A stretch of 63,335 bases of DNA, filler included, from Candidatus Zapsychrus exili (GTDB lineage: Bacteria > Omnitrophota > Gorgyraeia > Zapsychrales > Zapsychraceae), in assembly GCA_030765585.1 (NCBI GenBank). It is 7 parts of 7 records of this genome, joined end to end, with 100 filler letters (N's around TTAATTAATTAA, not from the genome) between each part and the next. Parts side by side here need not be neighbours in the genome. Positions count along the whole stretch, not along the records: positions 60,149 to 63,335 come from JAVCCJ010000062.1; 6 more parts are not named here. One strand, 5' to 3'. A program made the translations under genes and the position numbers. Positions 61,263-63,335 of this stretch are shown here, in pieces (positions within the stretch are counted from its first letter, which is position 1; the number at the start of each line of letters is the position of its first letter). The notes under the pieces are model-generated. The model saw nothing but the letters and a program-made list of their open reading frames with translations, was not told where the DNA came from and made no database searches.

Positions 61263-62383
61263 ATAAACCCATTAGAGTACTGCATATAGTATTAATTATG
61301 AGCAGAAATGGTGTGCCCAATTTTATAATGAATTATTATAGAAATATTGACAGAAGTAAGGTTCAGTTTGATTTTGCTGTTCATTATAGTAGAAAAGCAA
61401 AATATAATGATGAGATTCTAAAACTTGGAGGAAAGATTCACTACATTGGTTCCGAAAAAAGCTTTTTTACTTACTTTAGAAATTTGAGAAAGGTTTTGAA
61501 AAACAATGATTATGATGCAGTTCATGCTCATATTAACTTCTATAATCTTTTTGTAATCGTAGTAGCTTTAATAAGCGGGGTAAAGGTAAGGGTATCTCAC
61601 AGCCACAATTCATATATAGAAGTTTCTCCTTTTAGGCGATTTGTGAAAAATATCATGAAAGTATTAATTAATTTATTGGCTACAAAAAAGCTGGCATGCT
61701 CTGAATTGGCTGCACAATGGCTATATGGTAAAAGGCAGTGGAGAAAAGGAAAAACGATGGTCATTAGTAATGCGATCCAAACAGATTTATTTAAGTATGA
61801 CTCTGTTACTTCTTCCACAAAAAGAGCAGAGCTTGGTATTGATAATGAGCTTGTCATTGGCCATGTTGGTAATTTTGTATATCTTAAAAATCATGAATTT
61901 ATAATTGATGTATTTAATGAAATATATAAGAAAAAGCAAGACACAAAATTATTTTTGGTGGGCAAGGGAGTCTTGAAAGAAAAAATAATTAAAAAAGTAC
62001 ATTCGCTGGGTCTTGAAAAGCATGTCGAATTTTTAGGAGAAAGAGATGATATAAGTGAGCTTATGCAGGCATTTGATGTTTTTCTTATGCCATCAATAGC
62101 AGAAGGTTTGGGTTTCGTATTAATTGAGGCTCAAAGCTGTGGATTAAGATGTGTAGTATCTGATGATTTACCAAAAGAAGCAAAAGTAGCAGATTCAGCA
62201 AAGTTTATCTCTTTAAAAGAAACCCCTGAAAAGTGGGCAGAGTTAATCTTAAATGAATCTAAAATTCAATATAATAAAGTAAAAATGAATAAAGTTGTAA
62301 GAGCAGCAGGATATAATATAAAAGATGAAGCAATTATATTAGAAAATATGTATTTGAATGCAGTGAAAAACAAGCAAATGTAA
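61259..62383 (+). CDS. GT-B glycosyltransferase (EpsF-like)
   Basis: MNYYRNIDRSKVQFDF, KNHEF, PSIAEGLG.VLIEAQ. Confidence 0.9.
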   Translation: MNKPIRVLHIVLIMSRNGVPNFIMNYYRNIDRSKVQFDFAVHYSRKAKYNDEILKLGGKIHYIGSEKSFFTYFRNLRKVLKNNDYDAVHAHINFYNLFVIVVALISGVKVRVSHSHNSYIEVSPFRRFVKNIMKVLINLLATKKLACSELAAQWLYGKRQWRKGKTMVISNAIQTDLFKYDSVTSSTKRAELGIDNELVIGHVGNFVYLKNHEFIIDVFNEIYKKKQDTKLFLVGKGVLKEKIIKKVHSLGLEKHVEFLGERDDISELMQAFDVFLMPSIAEGLGFVLIEAQSCGLRCVVSDDLPKEAKVADSAKFISLKETPEKWAELILNESKIQYNKVKMNKVVRAAGYNIKDEAIILENMYLNAVKNKQM

Positions 62384-62407
62384 TATGAGAGGATATAAAA
62401 AAGTTTG

Positions 62408-63335
62408 ATGAGCAGCAGAAACATCGGAAAAGACAGTTTAAAAATCACTATGTCAAGAATGATAGCTCTTGTTATCAGTATGATTGCTGCTATGCTGCTG
62501 TCAAGATTTAGAACACTAGAGGAATTTGGAACTTATTCTCAGATTTATCTGCTTGCAACATTGTTTTCAACGATAATTCTTCTTGGAGTACCAAATAGCA
62601 TAAGCTACTTTCTGGCAAGAGCTGAAACAGATGATGAAAAGCAAAAATTTCTTTCACTTCATTTTTTATTAAGCACCTCTTTAAGCTTACTGACCGGCCT
62701 TGTTTTGGCTGCAACTGCGCCGTTGGCAGTCAGATACTTTGATAATCCGATGTTAAAAAACTTTGTTTTTGCTCTTATGCTTTTCCCTTGGGCAAAAACC
62801 ATGATAAACAGTATTGATGCGATTTATGTGATATACAATAAAACATCAAGACTTATGATATTTAAAATTGTAAACAGTGTACTGCTACTTGCGATTGTTA
62901 TCATTACCACTGTCTTTAAGCTTGATTTTTTAACATATATGATTCTTTTTATAGGGGTACAGGTATCATTTGCAGTTCTGGTTTATATAATTGTTGCCAG
63001 ATTATCCGGACGACTTTATCTATGTTTTGATAAAAAGCTAACCAAAAAAATACTTAAATTTTCAATACCTATAGGCTTATCAGGTGTTTTAACTGTATTG
63101 AATATTCAAATGGATAAGCTTTTAATTGGAAAATTCTTTTCTACCGAAGAATTAGCCATATATACAAATGCAGCTAGAGAAATGCCGCTTACTATTGTTG
63201 GGGCTTCAATAACTGTTGTTCTACTGCCTCAATTAATCAGATTATTTAAAAAGAATAAAAAGAAACAAGCTATAAATCTCTGGAAGGATTCTATTGTAAT
63301 TTCATATATATTTGTATGCTTTTTTGCCGTTGTTC
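62408..63335 (+). CDS. Wzx-type polysaccharide flippase, 3' truncated (not in ORF track)
   Basis: Open hydrophobic frame MSSRNIGKDSLKIT...EEFGTYSQ...FSIPIGL...MDKLLIG...LAIY. Confidence 0.85.
   Translation, partial: MSSRNIGKDSLKITMSRMIALVISMIAAMLLSRFRTLEEFGTYSQIYLLATLFSTIILLGVPNSISYFLARAETDDEKQKFLSLHFLLSTSLSLLTGLVLAATAPLAVRYFDNPMLKNFVFALMLFPWAKTMINSIDAIYVIYNKTSRLMIFKIVNSVLLLAIVIITTVFKLDFLTYMILFIGVQVSFAVLVYIIVARLSGRLYLCFDKKLTKKILKFSIPIGLSGVLTVLNIQMDKLLIGKFFSTEELAIYTNAAREMPLTIVGASITVVLLPQLIRLFKKNKKKQAINLWKDSIVISYIFVCFFAVV

Overview
This window is not one locus. It is seven AT-rich bacterial contigs joined by artificial 100-nt linkers (44 N + TTAATTAATTAA + 44 N) at 7233-7332, 34299-34398, 39561-39660, 51561-51660, 56114-56213 and 60049-60148. 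C1: gyrB-gyrA, a GIY-YIG nuclease gene, tRNA-Glu and a response-regulator/PAS cluster. C2: a surface-polysaccharide/heptose cluster, priA, fmt, gap, and two large paralogous secreted proteins. C3: a 5.2-kb contig with 127-bp terminal repeats, carrying a GIY-YIG gene, a half tRNA-Pro and two repeat-flanked gene cassettes. C4: a glycogen operon (glgE-glgB-GH57-malQ). C5: a truB fragment and a large lectin-like gene. C6: an island-like segment. C7: a capsule-locus fragment. C1-C4 look like Omnitrophota (OP3), an inference from recalled protein families and not from a search; C5 and C7 may come from other organisms. The best candidate for an undescribed system is a family of signal-peptide proteins with a conserved ~300-aa N-terminal domain followed by unrelated cargo modules (histidine kinase, caspase-fold peptidase, unknown), each delimited by a D-x-A-M motif. 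A second family of exported cassettes carries normally cytoplasmic signalling domains, and part of the upstream DNA motif is shared between the two families. All assignments are by eye; no database search or folding program was run.
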